From the NCBI RefSeq assembly GCF_001194135.2, contig NC_069002.1:35451143-35496416 (forward strand): DNA of 45,274 nucleotides. The letters run 5' to 3'. Below, in pieces: positions 12,461 through 26,759 of this stretch. This DNA is from Octopus bimaculoides (Eukaryota). Every line of letters begins with the position of its first letter. Positions within the stretch are counted from its first letter, which is position 1. The position numbers and the translations under genes were made by a program. The notes under the pieces are model-generated. The model was not told where the DNA came from, did no database searches, and worked only from the letters and a program-made list of their open reading frames with translations.

Positions 12461-13131
12461 CTGCTTTGATACAAGAAACAAAAACAACAACGGGGAGCAT
12501 TGCATATGAGAGGGAGCAGCAGTCGTCTCCACCCCTGACAACAAAAATTAATAAATAACGTTTATATCTACTAAATACTTCCTCCACTCCAACCTTTCTC
12601 TGATTATCTAAAGTGAACGAGGACCTAACGGGGTTAATAACATTCTTTGTTTTCTAGCGTATCCTCTTTCAACTCATAAAAATATCATTAATAACATAGA
12701 TTAGTATCATTTGACCTCATACAGCGATATCATCGCACTGTTGTTTTGGTGTGCGTGCGTGTGTGAGTTGTGTTTTTATTTTTCTATTTCACGCTATAGT
12801 ATTATGAATGTTTTTTACTTTATTCTTATTTGATGGTAGGTGTTCATTTTATTTTAATGCTTTCTTCCTATGCTGACCTCCCTTTCTGACTCCAGCTCTC
12901 TCATTTGCTTTCTGTCTATATATATATATATAAATTCAAAAGGGATAACACTCTTTTACAAGAATTTTATCAAGAAGCCAGTGTGTAAAAAAATTCATAA
13001 GGGAAATTTCTATTCCCAAGAATATAATTATTCGTTTATATTTATATAAAGGGTATTATTACAGAAAATAATAACGCCACACAGTGGACTTCTCAAAATT
13101 ACCACATTTAGTACCTAATGCGAGGAAAAAC

Positions 13132-13226
13132 AACCAACAGAAGACGACCAACTTTCTAGTAATCGCGAAATTGGCCGATACACAGTTAAGTTTATTTAAA
13201 AGAAAGTTGGTCGTCTTCTGTTGGTT
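13132..13226. repeat. Perfect 26-bp inverted repeat with 43-nt spacer, abutting a gap
   Basis: AACCAACAGAAGACGACCAACTTTCT (13132-13157) and AGAAAGTTGGTCGTCTTCTGTTGGTT (13201-13226). Confidence 0.95.
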
Positions 13227-14383
13227 NNNNNNNNNNNNNNNNNNNNNNNNNNNNNNNNNNNNNNNNNNNNNNNNNNNNNNNNNNNNNNNNNNNNNNNNNN
13301 NNNNNNNNNNNNNNNNNNNNNNNNNNNNNNNNNNNNNNNNNNNNNNNNNNNNNNNNNNNNNNNNNNNNNNNNNNNNNNNNNNNNNNNNNNNNNNNNNNNN
13401 NNNNNNNNNNNNNNNNNNNNNNNNNNNNNNNNNNNNNNNNNNNNNNNNNNNNNNNNNNNNNNNNNNNNNNNNNNNNNNNNNNNNNNNNNNNNNNNNNNNN
13501 NNNNNNNNNNNNNNNNNNNNNNNNNNNNNNNNNNNNNNNNNNNNNNNNNNNNNNNNNNNNNNNNNNNNNNNNNNNNNNNNNNNNNNNNNNNNNNNNNNNN
13601 NNNNNNNNNNNNNNNNNNNNNNNNNNNNNNNNNNNNNNNNNNNNNNNNNNNNNNNNNNNNNNNNNNNNNNNNNNNNNNNNNNNNNNNNNNNNNNNNNNNN
13701 NNNNNNNNNNNNNNNNNNNNNNNNNNNNNNNNNNNNNNNNNNNNNNNNNNNNNNNNNNNNNNNNNNNNNNNNNNNNNNNNNNNNNNNNNNNNNNNNNNNN
13801 NNNNNNNNNNNNNNNNNNNNNNNNNNNNNNNNNNNNNNNNNNNNNNNNNNNNNNNNNNNNNNNNNNNNNNNNNNNNNNNNNNNNNNNNNNNNNNNNNNNN
13901 NNNNNNNNNNNNNTATATATATATATATATATTTATATATGTATATAAATACTTATGTATGTATATATATACATATATATACATATATACATATATACAT
14001 ATATATGAGTGTGTGTGCATATATATATATATATATATCTATAATATGTGTATATATATATATATATATGTGTGTGTTTGTGGGTGTGTGTGTGTGTGTG
14101 TGTGTGTGCCTCTGTGTGTGTGTATTTATACATATACCTACACACACATAGATATATGTATGTATACACGTATGTATGTATATATGTCTGTTCATAAATG
14201 AGTATGTGTGTATGTGTGCGTGTAGATGTCCATATATATATATATGTGTGTGTGTGTGTGTATGTGTGTGTGTATACACATGTATGTATGTATACACATA
14301 TACATTATGCATATGAAATAAATTTGCATATATATATATATACATATATATAAATATATATATTTATACACACACATTCACAG

Positions 14384-14430
<47 letters not shown>

Positions 14431-14732
14431 GTGAAAGGGACAATGTACGTGGGGAGTGATAAGCGCATTAACTTATTCGGTTTCATCCGACGTCCCCTCC
14501 ATCATTGTTGTCTTCTAGTTTTTTTTGTATATTTTCTTTCAAACACATATCACGCATTTTGGAATTGTTTTTTTTTTTTACATTTATGTAGATAACCTCT
14601 CGATAAGGTAGAATTTATTACAGCAGATATACATATTTAAATTACTAACACAAATATTAAATATTAGTATCTGCAACAACATTATTTTATTCGTATTATT
14701 ACTATCATCCCCATCATCATCGTAATCATCTT

Positions 14733-14743
14733 TATTATTATTA

Positions 14744-14801
<58 letters not shown>

Positions 14802-14830
14802 TATTATTATTATCATTATTATTATTATCA
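14733..14830. repeat. (ATT)n microsatellite
   Basis: Directly visible trinucleotide run. Confidence 0.95.
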
Positions 14831-15185
14831 TTAGTTTTGTTTATATTTCGTTATAAGGTGTTTTCGTTCTTACCTATTACGGTATGTTTTTGTTGCCGTT
14901 TTTCATATTTATATATATTTTTTGTTCGTGGGTTCATGGGAGAAATAAGCAAAACTGAACAAAAAAGCATTTTGAATGAGATACGTAAAAACCATTCAAA
15001 ATATTATAATGTATACATGACAGATAGGGCGATGTATAGAACAAAACATACGTCCCTACGCTCGAGAAATACACGTTCATTCATGCATCCATAAAATATG
15101 CTGTATGACAAATTGTAATATAAAAAGAAATGAATTTGGAAGATATACCAGTCTTCGTATTTTCTATTATTGTAATAATTACAAA

Positions 15186-15703
15186 TATCGTAAAATATAT
15201 TTGCCAAATAAATGTGACCGTCCCATAGAGGACGATGTTACTGTTGTTTTTAACCCCACGAAGACATCTCCTCCAGCTGGTTAACGACACACTGTCTGTG
15301 TCCGATTAGAATTTGCGAGGGGAGATCATTGCTCCCATCTCTACCTTTACGTGATACACACAGACCTCGCTCAGAGATTTAATATAGCTCATTCCTCGTT
15401 TTTTCGAGACCAGCGACAGTTCTTTCGCTGGAAAAAGTATATAATGTTTTGCGATTGGAATGAGTTTTCATTACTAGCTGGTGATTATCCCACACTGAAA
15501 ACGGATAACTTAGCAGAAACCCGTATCTTTGTGTATCACGTAAGGCTAGGAATGGGAGCGATGTCCTCCCCTCTCAAATACTAATTGGACAAAGACAGTG
15601 TATCCTTAACCAGCTGCAGGAGATTCTTCCTGGGGTTAAAAACAACAGTAACAACGCCCTCTATGGGACCACCACATTTAGTTGGCAAATATATTTTATG
15701 ATT
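15186..15703. mobile_element. Foldback/MITE-like element with about 175-bp inverted arms
   Basis: 15186-15363 aligns to the reverse complement of 15527-15703 (e.g. TCCCATAGAGG, GTTACTGTTGTTTTTAACCCCA, CAGCTGGTTAA, TTACGTGATACACA); spacer of about 163 nt with no recognisable ORF. Confidence 0.85.
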
Positions 15704-15957
15704 CCGTACTATTACTGTTTACCTCTCGCTCAGATATTTAATAAGCTAATTAAAAATATAAACTCTAGATAATATTACAGTCCAGTGAAGTGAACATGGA
15801 ATTACCCATCGGCGGAATTGCAGCGTGAGTGACAACAACACGTCATAGACGTTAAATACTAATCGATCTGGTTAGCCGTAACCTGGAACATAACTGAGAG
15901 CTCACGTAGTATCCGCCTGGATAATATATCCCTCAAAACTTACATTAATATATATAA

Positions 15958-15990
15958 ACGACTGACTTCTTTCAGTTTCCGTTTACCGTG
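15958..15990 (-). mobile_element. Short SINE type B fragment
   Basis: CGACTGACTTCTTTCAGTTTCCGTTTACC matches 4925-4952 and 33293-33320. Confidence 0.55.
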
Positions 15991-16801
15991 GTGGTGGTTT
16001 CAGTGGTTCCATCTGTTGTTACTAAATAGGACGCAGGGTTCGATTACAATTACAACACTCTGGTAGATGCTCGAACATACGTTGTCAAAAGAAATCAAAT
16101 TGTACAACCGGAACGGACTCGGCCCTAAATCTGTCTAAAATGTAATAGAAATTAGGTCAGTTTTAAAACACTGATGTTGTAATAAAACCAGAGTTTGAAG
16201 GGAATAGTAGTCATTTCTTTTGATTTATTGATAGAAGCAACTAAGGAAATAACAATTACTGACCAAAGATATTAAACAAAACCTTTTAAAAATTGTTACA
16301 CAGTGTAATTGATTTCGATTGGCCAGTTTATTCTAGTCGTTACATATATCATAGTGCATTGTGAAGACGTTGTATATTTCTAGCTCATCATACAGCCACG
16401 TTGGGCCGTCTTTGTTCGCAAAACATACAGTGGATCAAATGGATGCAGGGTTAACAGATAAATGTACAATTTATCCGTGAAAGGTAACCAAAGTTGCTAG
16501 AGCGCAGGTCATACTTCTCTATAAAGAGAAACACAACAGGATTGGTTTCGGTAACTGATAGGATTAACAGTCTAAAATCTGTCAACCTGATCGTAATTTT
16601 TTGGCGCACAGTGGATCATGAAGAGATAGAATCCGAGGTGTAACCAATTTGTATTGTATGTATATTTTAGAAAAAGAAAAATGCATGTTTTACATTTCAG
16701 ATTATCTCGAAATGTTGCGTTCTACACTGTGAATTTCTGCACACAAACACGCACACATAATCATATATATAAATATATACACATGTATTCACACACACAC
16801 A

Positions 16802-16867
<66 letters not shown>

Positions 16868-18167
16868 AACGTACATACACACACATATATAAGCATACGT
16901 CTTTCAATGCTAGATGAATTCCTGCTGCATGCATATCTTACAATCATTCTTGAATGCTTACATTCATAAATATACGTGTGTATGTGTGTGTAGTGGGCGG
17001 AGATGGGTGAGTTTNNNNNNNNNNNNNNNNNNNNNNNNNNNNNNNNNNNNNNNNNNNNNNNNNNNNNNNNNNNNNNNNNNNNNNNNNNNNNNNNNNNNNN
17101 NNNNNNNNNNNNNNNNNNNNNNNNNNNNNNNNNNNNNNNNNNNNNNNNNNNNNNNNNNNNNNNNNNNNNNNNNNNNNNNNNNNNNNNNNNNNNNNNNNNN
17201 NNNNNNNNNNNNNNNNNNNNNNNNNNNNNNNNNNNNNNNNNNNNNNNNNNNNNNNNNNNNNNNNNNNNNNNNNNNNNNNNNNNNNNNNNNNNNNNNNNNN
17301 NNNNNNNNNNNNNNNNNNNNNNNNNNNNNNNNNNNNNNNNNNNNNNNNNTATATATATATATATATATATATATGTAGATAGATAGATAGATAGATAGAT
17401 ATAAATACACACACATACATTATTGTCCACATTCTCTTGTGTAAGTACTTTTTCGTTTCTATTCCAAAAACTGCTATATGTTCTATTTTAAAGAAGACCC
17501 AAAAGCTGGTTATATTTTTGACAGCTAGATGTAATGACATATGTCATAACAGCAATAACTGTCTGCAATAGATACTCTACAAAAAAACCTATTTGCCGTG
17601 GCCTACTGAAGACCTTCTGGCTAGAAGCCTACGTGAAAAGATTCCGATACAAAGCCTGCTCAATATATCATGAAATCACTAGTTCGGACTGGAATTTTTA
17701 TTTTGGCATTCATGTTTTTTCTCCTTTTTTTTCTGCTTTTGTTTATCCGGAACGCTAACATCCAATGATATTGTAATTCGTTCCCTTTCACTCCCTCATT
17801 CGTTCCTCTTGTTTCTCACACTCACTATCTCTCTATCTCTCTTGCTCTTTCTATCAGTCCACCGTCTCTCTGTTTCTCTCTTCCTTTGCCCAATCTCTTT
17901 TTATCACCTCTATTGCATATTTATTATATCAAGGTTGTATATCTATTCATGAACTTGTATATATAAATTTATATATATATATAAAGAGAGGGAGAGAGAG
18001 AAAGTTAATACATGTAAAATGTATGAATATACAGATGTATTTACATGGTTATATATATATGTGTGTGTGTGTGTGTGTTTGCGTGTGTGCGTGTGTGTAG
18101 ATAGATATACAGATAAATAGAAATAGTTATGGACGCAAATATATAAGAATTATATGTGTATGTATTC

Positions 18168-18214
<47 letters not shown>

Positions 18215-18243
18215 GAGAGAGAGAGAGGGAGGGTGGGAAGAGA

Positions 18244-18628
18244 GCGTATTGGCCTAGCCTAGTGGTTATGGCAGCGGACTCGCGGTCGTAGGAACGCGGT
18301 TTCGATCCCCAGACCGAGTGTTGTTAGTGTTTATTGAGCGAAAACACCTAGAACTCTACGAGGTCCCGGCAGAGGGTGGTAGCGAACCCTGGTGTACTCT
18401 TTCACCACAACTCACGCTTTCTTCCTGTTTTTGTTGTATCTGTATTTCAAAGGTCCAGCTTTGTCACACTCTGTGTCACGCTGAATCTCCCTGAGAACTA
18501 CGTTAAGGGTACCCGTGTCTGTGAAGTGACCCCCACCCCCGCCTTTCACTTGCACGTTAATTTCACGAGCAGGCCGTTTCGTTGATCGGGTCAACTGGAA
18601 CCCTCGTCGTCGTAACCGACGGAGTGCC
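18244..18628 (+). mobile_element. SINE type C, near full length
   Basis: A-box TAGCCTAGTGG and B-box GTTTCGATCCC; colinear with 6692-7073. Confidence 0.92.
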
Positions 18629-18714
18629 GCGATATATATATAGCCGTCAGTAAATTGAATAAGGGCACTACTCAGCACCAGTATTGCTAGAAATGAGAAG
18701 AGCACACATTCACT

Positions 18715-19100
18715 CCCTGCACGCGATTAGACTCGGAAATTAGTGAGGAACCCATTGACCCAATTTTCTGACTTTTCCGATGGCACGCACGTGTTGATGA
18801 ATGATTGAATGACCAAATCAAAGCCTTTCTGCTAGTTGCTCAACAGTTACGATGGGATTTTGTCCCACCAGGATTTGCAGGACGTCCTCGTCCAGGTCTC
18901 CATATCTTACAGGATGAAATTTTCCAGGATGAGATTTTCCAGTCTTCTACGCTGTAGTTTCCGGTTCGGAACTTCTTGACACTGGCTTACGCTTAATATC
19001 CGATCGGCATTGATACTTCTCGCACTTTCCTTTGTGTTGTTGCTTTTATTGAACTCATAAAGCAAAATATACCGAATATGTTCCTTTGCTACTCCCATTA
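18715..19100 (-). pseudogene. Mariner transposase N-terminal (HTH) fragment
   Basis: MGVAKEHIRYILLYEFNKSNNTKESARSINA..., then DEDVLQILVGQNPIVTVEQLAERL*FGHSIIHQHVRAIGKVRKLGQWVPH (mariner WVPHEL-type motif); stops and deletions present. Confidence 0.92.
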
Positions 19101-19419
19101 TAGCTTTGAAAAAATAACTTAAAATCGAACTGCATCCTTCAAAACTTGCACTAAGAATATGTAGAAGGTAAAATTACTACCGGCTTTTATAGCATTTATT
19201 ACCTTGTTCTGAAAACTAAAAGAGCAGCACTCGCGGTTCCTCTTTCCTGAAAAGTATCCTTAATTGGTTGCAGAAATATAGGTGTTATTTTAATACCGGG
19301 ATTTTGTTTCCAATGCTTGTAACAGATTGACCTCTTTAAACATCGCCCAAAGGCAAGACGTTTGTGATAAACAGAAAAACTGACCCCAATGGGAATATAG
19401 ACACGATTTCAGCCACGGA

Positions 19420-19505
19420 ATTTTACTCACAGGTATTATCGAAGGAGACATTTGCCCAACGTGACACAGTGACTCTAAACTCGAAAACACATGCCAAGAG
19501 ACCTT
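19420..19505 (-). mobile_element. Very degenerate SINE type B-like fragment
   Basis: GACATTTGCCCAACGTGACACAGTG...AAACTCGAAAACACATG resembles 33365-33415. Confidence 0.4.
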
Positions 19506-19926
19506 CAACATACACACAGAGATGCCTCATTGCTAGCTGCTGCTGCTGGTGTTGCTGTTGAAGTCTTTGTTGTGCTATAGTTATTCAAGTTGATGTTACT
19601 GTACTTGATTTTGTTGTTGCTGCTGTTGTTATTGTCTTTGCTGTGCTTGTTGTTGTAGCGGCTGCTGCTTCTGCTCACAGTGTCTTCTGCCGCGGCATTT
19701 GTAACGCTTCTCGCAAGTAAACATGTTATTTCAGGAATCTTTCACCAATATTATGATTTTCCCAATAACTTTTAGCTTTTAGAATTTTTCACCAATCTCT
19801 TCAAAAGCTCTTTTCCATTCCACTTAATTCTCGCCCAATATAATATTATAGATGTATACATACATACGCATATACATACATACATACATACATATATATG
19901 CATATATATACATATATATCTGTACA

Positions 19927-19964
<38 letters not shown>

Positions 19965-21677
19965 TTTATATATATACATATACATAAATATTCATATATA
20001 TTTATATATATAGATAGATAGATACATACATACATACATACACACACATATATATAATGTATGTATATACACACCATATGTGTGTGCATGTGTATATATA
20101 CACATGTGTCCGCGCTACTGTGTGTGTGTATGCGTGAGCGTGCACGCACACGTACGTGGCTCATTCTATTATTCTATTATTCAGCAATCCGCCTTACCGT
20201 ATTTTTCGAAAAGTCTTTGGAGGATTCCCATGCATTCTCGTTCTATTATATTTTTATACTTCATTATTTTCTACTCCCGAGAGTGTGTTTTCCCAGAGAT
20301 CAGAGATCTGGTGCGTCTGTTTCACAGCTGCTATCAATCGAACTCACATGTACGCACAAACAACTCCTTCAGACACAAATACATATAGACCCACGACTAC
20401 AGACTCATATATAAACAAAAGAGCACACACACACATAAAGTAAGTTAAAATTAATGGTCATTACGTATTTTTCCTTTGTTGGAGCAAATGTGCCTTCCAG
20501 GTGTTTCCGGTAGTCTTTATAGGTACAATACTGATAGGCTTACTCAGTTAATTTATTGATCAGTTGAGAAAAATTGATTAGCCTAAAATTATAACACTAC
20601 TTTCGTCAGAGGCATGTCTGCTTATGTACAAACACACACACACACAGATGGATAGATAGATATATAGATACATACATACATACATACATACATACATACA
20701 TAGGCAGGGAGATGACGTAACCTTCATATAACCGAGGTGTCCTTTGGCTGAACAGTAGTTGCGGTCTATCCAAGATTTGCATAATTTACTACTTTCAAGG
20801 TTCTGCCAGCGATGAAACATATAGCCTCAATTTCATCTACTGTATTCCTTAATTTAAGTTTTTAATACGCACACACACGCGCGTATATATATATATATAT
20901 ATATATATATANNNNNNNNNNNNNNNNNNNNNNNNNNNNNNNNNNNNNNNNNNNNNNNNNNNNNNNNNNNNNNNNNNNNNNNNNNNNNNNNNNNNNNNNN
21001 NNNNNNNNNNNNNNNNNNNNNNNNNNNNNNNNNNNNNNNNNNNNNNNNNNNNNNNNNNNNNNNNNNNNNNNNNNNNNNNNNNNNNNNNNNNNNNNNNNNN
21101 NNNNNNNNNNNNNNNNNNNNNNNNNNNNNNNNNNNNNNNNNNNNNNNNNNNNNNNNNNNNNNNNNNNNNNNNNNNNNNNNNNNNNNNNNNNNNNNNNNNN
21201 NNNNNNNNNNNNNNNNNNNNNNNNNNNNNNNNNNNNNNNNNNNNNNNNNNNNNNNNNNNNNNNNNNNNNNNNNNNNNNNNNNNNNNNNNNNNNNNNNNNN
21301 NNNNNNNNNNNNNNNNNNNNNNNNNNNNNATATTAAAATATGTATATGTATGTATATATGTCTGTATGCGTGTGTGACTGCACATACCTACATACTGGTG
21401 TGAGACATTCATAGATACACACACATACGCAGTGTAATATTTTATAGGTTTAGATATCGTCCGTACGTAAGCTTATGAATTATTGGTCTTATTTATAAGT
21501 GTTGGATACGATAGTGGTAAATTGATTTTTGATTTTGACTGGTACAAGTTATTTGAGTTTGCAGACACTTGATATCAAATGATAAATTATAAACAAACAC
21601 GTCTATTTACCAATATAAGTATGTATGAATGCTTGGGTGTATATATGTATGAGTATATATATTCATACAAAGATACA

Positions 21678-21709
<32 letters not shown>

Positions 21710-21878
21710 ATAGCAATATATATATATATAGTTATCGGGGGAACTATGTATGTAACACCCACTCTAACAGTTAGTTTTATGCTTATATATACATATATAA
21801 TATGTATACATACATACATATATTATGATACATAGTAAACATATATCTATATACTTATACACATATATAAACACATAC

Positions 21879-21944
<66 letters not shown>

Positions 21945-22189
21945 GTGTGTGTGGTGGGTGTGTGTATGTGTGTGTGTGTTCATATGCACATTTATACGTA
22001 CACACATATATATGTAGATATATATACATACATACATACATACATACACGTATTAGTTTAAAGAAATGTAGACAGACGGTGAGAAAGAAAGAGAGAATAA
22101 AGAAAAACAGTAACAAAGAAAGAAAGAACGAAAGAAAGAAAAATAGAAGAATGAAAGAAAAGAAAAAGAAAGCAAACTATATTGTGTGT

Positions 22190-22560
22190 AGCGTTGGCAA
22201 AAAGTTCGTGTTTTTTGTTTTATCGGAAAAGAAGACAATTTTTAAACATAAAGCGATTTATTCAATTTATGATGTAATTGCCTTCTGCTCTCATTATCCC
22301 TTGCCATCTTGTGGGCAGAACCATTCTTACATGTTTGAGGAATTTTCCGCCTTTACTGGCGAAAAACTCTTCCTGAGGAAGCTTTACATCTACTTCAGTG
22401 ATGAACGTCTGACCATTCAATGAATTTTGAAGAGGACGGAACACGGTCAACCCATAGTAGTACCTGCAATGTCTGCAAAGAAGTGTGCAGTCTGAGATTG
22501 TCGGGATGAAAGGCAATGCACATACCACTCCTGGTATCTGCATCAAGCTGTGACTCACTT
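22190..22560 (-). pseudogene. Mariner transposase C-terminal fragment with TIR remnant
   Basis: FHPDNLRLHTSLQT (HDNARPH-like), then VFRPLQNSLNGQTFITEVDVKLPQEEFFASKGGKFLKHVRMVLPTRWQGIMRAEGNYIIN*; mariner-like TIR GTTGGCAAAAAGTTCGTG at about 22193-22210. Confidence 0.88.
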
Positions 22561-23735
22561 CATTCGCCTCTGCATTGGAATAGCAGATGATGAAACGAGA
22601 GAGAGAGAGGGAGTGACATTGCTAATCAGATTTAAGCATTGGATACTGACACTGCTCTGGAAATGAAGTATGGAAAGATAAATATTTCAGGAGCCATATC
22701 AAATGAAGGAAAGAGGCCTCGTTTTTCGGATTTCATCGATTGTAGGTACCACAACCTCGCGTTGTCATTTTTTCTTCGTGTTCTCTTTTGTGGGGATTAA
22801 CTATATATANNNNNNNNNNNNNNNNNNNNNNNNNNNNNNNNNNNNNNNNNNNNNNNNNNNNNNNNNNNNNNNNNNNNNNNNNNNNNNNNNNNNNNNNNNN
22901 NNNNNNNNNNNNNNNNNNNNNNNNNNNNNNNNNNNNNNNNNNNNNNNNNNNNNNNNNNNNNNNNNNNNNNNNNNNNNNNNNNNNNNNNNNNNNNNNNNNN
23001 NNNNNNNNNNNNNNNNNNNNNNNNNNNNNNNNNNNNNNNNNNNNNNNNNNNNNNNNNNNNNNNNNNNNNNNNNNNNNNNNNNNNNNNNNNNNNNNNNNNN
23101 NNNNNNNNNNNNNNNNNNNNNNNNNNNNNNNNNNNNNNNNNNNNNNNNNNNNNNNNNNNNNNNNNNNNNNNNNNNNNNNNNNNNNNNNNNNNNNNNNNNN
23201 NNNNNNNNNNNNNNNNNNNNNNNNNNNNNNNNNNNNNNNNNNNNNNNNNNNNNNNNNNNNNNNNNNNNNNNNNNNNNNNNNNNNNNNNNNNNNNNNNNNN
23301 NNNNNNNNNNNNNNNNNNNNNNNNNNNNNNNNNNNNNNNNNNNNNNNNNNNNNNNNNNNNNNNNNNNNNNNNNNNNNNNNNNNNNNNNNNNNNNNNNNNN
23401 NNNNNNNNNNNNNNNNNNNNNNNNNNNNNNNNNNNNNNNNNNNNNNNNNNNNNNNNNNNNNNNNNNNNNNNNNNNNNNNNNNNNNNNNNNNNNNNNNNNN
23501 NNAGGGATTCGTAGTCGAAACATTAATTTATTTCGCCATTTTTCAAACTGAAAACAACGCCGCTTCACATGTGCTTTTAAAGCAGGCAATGTTTGCGTAA
23601 AGAACGCTCATAAAGAAGAAGATAGAAACAAAAACACTGAGAAGGTAACCAACCTTGCAACAGAGAAATATCGGAGACAGCATAAGCAAAGACAGTGATA
23701 GCTTACGATGAGTTTGATTGGTTAATTTTAATATG

Positions 23736-23790
<55 letters not shown>

Positions 23791-24296
23791 ACTTTATTCT
23801 TTTGTTTATATTAATTAGTTAGTCAGTCAGTCAATCAGTTAATTAATTAGTTAATTAGTTACGTATTAACAAACTACACTCGATCTCGGGAAAAAGGACA
23901 AGTAAATTTACGTCAAGTACCTGGATCCAAAATTTTCACGTTGTCGGAGAGCAGGTATTATTCAAAAATTATTCAACACATATAGTCTGCAAATTTGGTG
24001 AACTACTATGGTGGAGTGTACTTTCCCGTGTCATCTTCGTCAATAACATACATTTGTCATTTAAAACCACATCTCCTACTTAGTGAGAACAAAGATGCCC
24101 AGATGTAGATACATGAAGAATTCGCTTTCGAATTTCTCTTTCCACATGTAGATGGCACTGCCATCGGTTTCTCATTCAGCACGTTATCACACTTTACAAT
24201 ATCTAATACTTTCTTCATAGCATAAAGTAATGTTTTCAAAACATCGCTTTTGGAATTGCTTCTACATTCATATATATAAATATATATATATATATA

Positions 24297-24327
<31 letters not shown>

Positions 24328-25246
24328 GTGCCTGTGTGTGTGTGCGTGTGTGTGTGTGTATACATATATGTATATATATATATATGGACACATACATAAA
24401 TATAATGCATATATAAACATATGTATACATATACATATATATATACATATATATAAATATATCTATGTATATATGTACATATATATATATATATATATAN
24501 NNNNNNNNNNNNNNNNNNNNNNNNNNNNNNNNNNNNNNNNNNNNNNNNNNNNNNNNNNNNNNNNNNNNNNNNNNNNNNNNNNNNNNNNNNNNNNNNNNNN
24601 NNNNNNNNNNNNNNNNNNNNNNNNNNNNNNNNNNNNNNNNNNNNNNNNNNNNNNNNNNNNNNNNNNNNNNNNNNNNNNNNNNNNNNNNNNNNNNNNNNNN
24701 NNNNNNNNNNNNNNNNNNNNNNNNNNNNNNNNNNNNNNNNNNNNNNNNNNNNNNNNNNNNNNNNNNNNNNNNNNNNNNNNNNNNNNNNNNNNNNNNNNNN
24801 NNNNNNNNNNNNNNNNNNNNNNNNNNNNNNNNNNNNNNNNNNNNNNNNNNNNNNNNNNNNNNNNNNNNNNNNNNNNNNNNNNNNNNNNNNNNNNNNNNNN
24901 NNNNNNNNNNNNNNNNNNNNNNNNNNNNNNNNNNNNNNNNNNNNNNNNNNNNNNNNNNNNNNNNNNNNNNNNNNNNNNNNNNNNNNNNNNNNNNNNNNNN
25001 NNNNNNNNNNNNNNNNNNNNNNNNNNNTATATATATATATATATGTATGTGTTTGTGTGTGTGAGTGTATATATATATATGTGTGTGTGTTTGTATGTAA
25101 CTTTGTATTTGCGTATATGAGTGAGTAGAGTGTGTTTTAGTATTCAATGTATTTTATTGCGTAAAACTAATCAATATCATAATAGAGATACATGTTATTT
25201 CTGCATCGATTTATGATAATAATATATAGGTAGAGAGATATGTAGG

Positions 25247-25280
<34 letters not shown>

Positions 25281-25281
25281 C

Positions 25282-25313
<32 letters not shown>

Positions 25314-25846
25314 GTAGATAGAGAAATAGATGTGTCTATGTGTGAGTTTGTGTGTGCGTGTGTGTGTGTGTGTATATTTAATTGTATGTATATGCAAGCA
25401 TATATTTATCCATTCACGTGTTTCAATAGGCGGTGGCTAACGTACACATTTATACTTCCAACTTCATGATAATGTAGATTGATAGATACATTCCTTGAGC
25501 TAAACTGACAGAAAAGGTTCCTTTATAAACATACATATACTGAGTTATATATGTATGTGTGAGTACATCACCTACCATATGCATATAAATGAGTGTGTGC
25601 GTGTGTGTGAGTGTGCCTGTGTATGTAGAGAGAGAGAGAGATTGTCACAAACACATATGCTTTGAAAACTACTTATCTATCAATCTGTTTGTTTATCTAT
25701 CTATGTGTATATATATATATACATAGAAGCATGGTACATAGAAACATATATACGTAGATACATACATATATAAACATGTGTACATGCATATATATATATA
25801 TATATGTATGTATGTATGTACGTATGTATGTATATATATATATATA

Positions 25847-26719
25847 NNNNNNNNNNNNNNNNNNNNNNNNNNNNNNNNNNNNNNNNNNNNNNNNNNNNNN
25901 NNNNNNNNNNNNNNNNNNNNNNNNNNNNNNNNNNNNNNNNNNNNNNNNNNNNNNNNNNNNNNNNNNNNNNNNNNNNNNNNNNNNNNNNNNNNNNNNNNNN
26001 NNNNNNNNNNNNNNNNNNNNNNNNNNNNNNNNNNNNNNNNNNNNNNNNNNNNNNNNNNNNNNNNNNNNNNNNNNNNNNNNNNNNNNNNNNNNNNNNNNNN
26101 NNNNNNNNNNNNNNNNNNNNNNNNNNNNNNNNNNNNNNNNNNNNNNNNNNNNNNNNNNNNNNNNNNNNNNNNNNNNNNNNNNNNNNNNNNNNNNNNNNNN
26201 NNNNNNNNNNNNNNNNNNNNNNNNNNNNNNNNNNNNNNNNNNNNNNNNNNNNNNNNNNNNNNNNNNNNNNNNNNNNNNNNNNNNNNNNNNNNNNNNNNNN
26301 NNNNNNNNNNNNNNNNNNNNNNNNNNNNNNNNNNNNNNNNNNNNNNNNNNNNNNNNNNNNNNNNNNNNNNNNNNNNNNNNNNNNNNNNNNNNNNNNNNNN
26401 NNNNNNNNNNNNNNNNNNNNNNNNNNNNNNNNNNNNNNNNNNNNNNNNNNNNNNNNNNNNNNNNNNNNNNNNNNNNNNNNNNNNNNNNNNNNNNNNNNNN
26501 NNNNNNNNNNNNNNNNNNNNNNNNNNNNNNNNNNNNNNNNNNNNNNNNNNNNNNNNNNNNNNNNNNNNNNNNNNNNNNNNNNNNNNNNNNNNNNNNNNNN
26601 NNNNNNNNNNNNNNNNNNNNNNNNNNNNNNNNNNNNNNNNNNNNNNNNNNNNNNNNNNNNNNNNNNNNNNNNNNNNNNNNNNNNNNNNNNNNNNNNNNNN
26701 NNNNNNNNNNNNNNNNNNN
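25847..26719. other. Assembly gap (largest of many)
   Basis: N-run. Other large gaps: 4662-4895, 13227-13913, 17015-17349, 20912-21329, 22810-23502, 24500-25026, 27660-28458, 34630-35193. Most are bordered by (AT)n. Confidence 1.

Positions 26720-26759
<40 letters not shown>

Noticed and set aside
15781-15824. Possible 44-nt exon (SSEVNMELPIGGIA) with a GTGAGT donor
   Set aside because: Weak acceptor, unrecognised peptide and no compatible neighbouring exon.
19500-19735. Minus-strand Ser/Asn/Ala-rich open frame
   Set aside because: Explained by degenerate (GCT/GTT)n trinucleotide sequence; no good splice signals.
20156-20443. NPPY motif in an ORF (adenine methyltransferase-like)
   Set aside because: An isolated 4-residue match in a short ORF that runs into microsatellite; no other MTase motifs.
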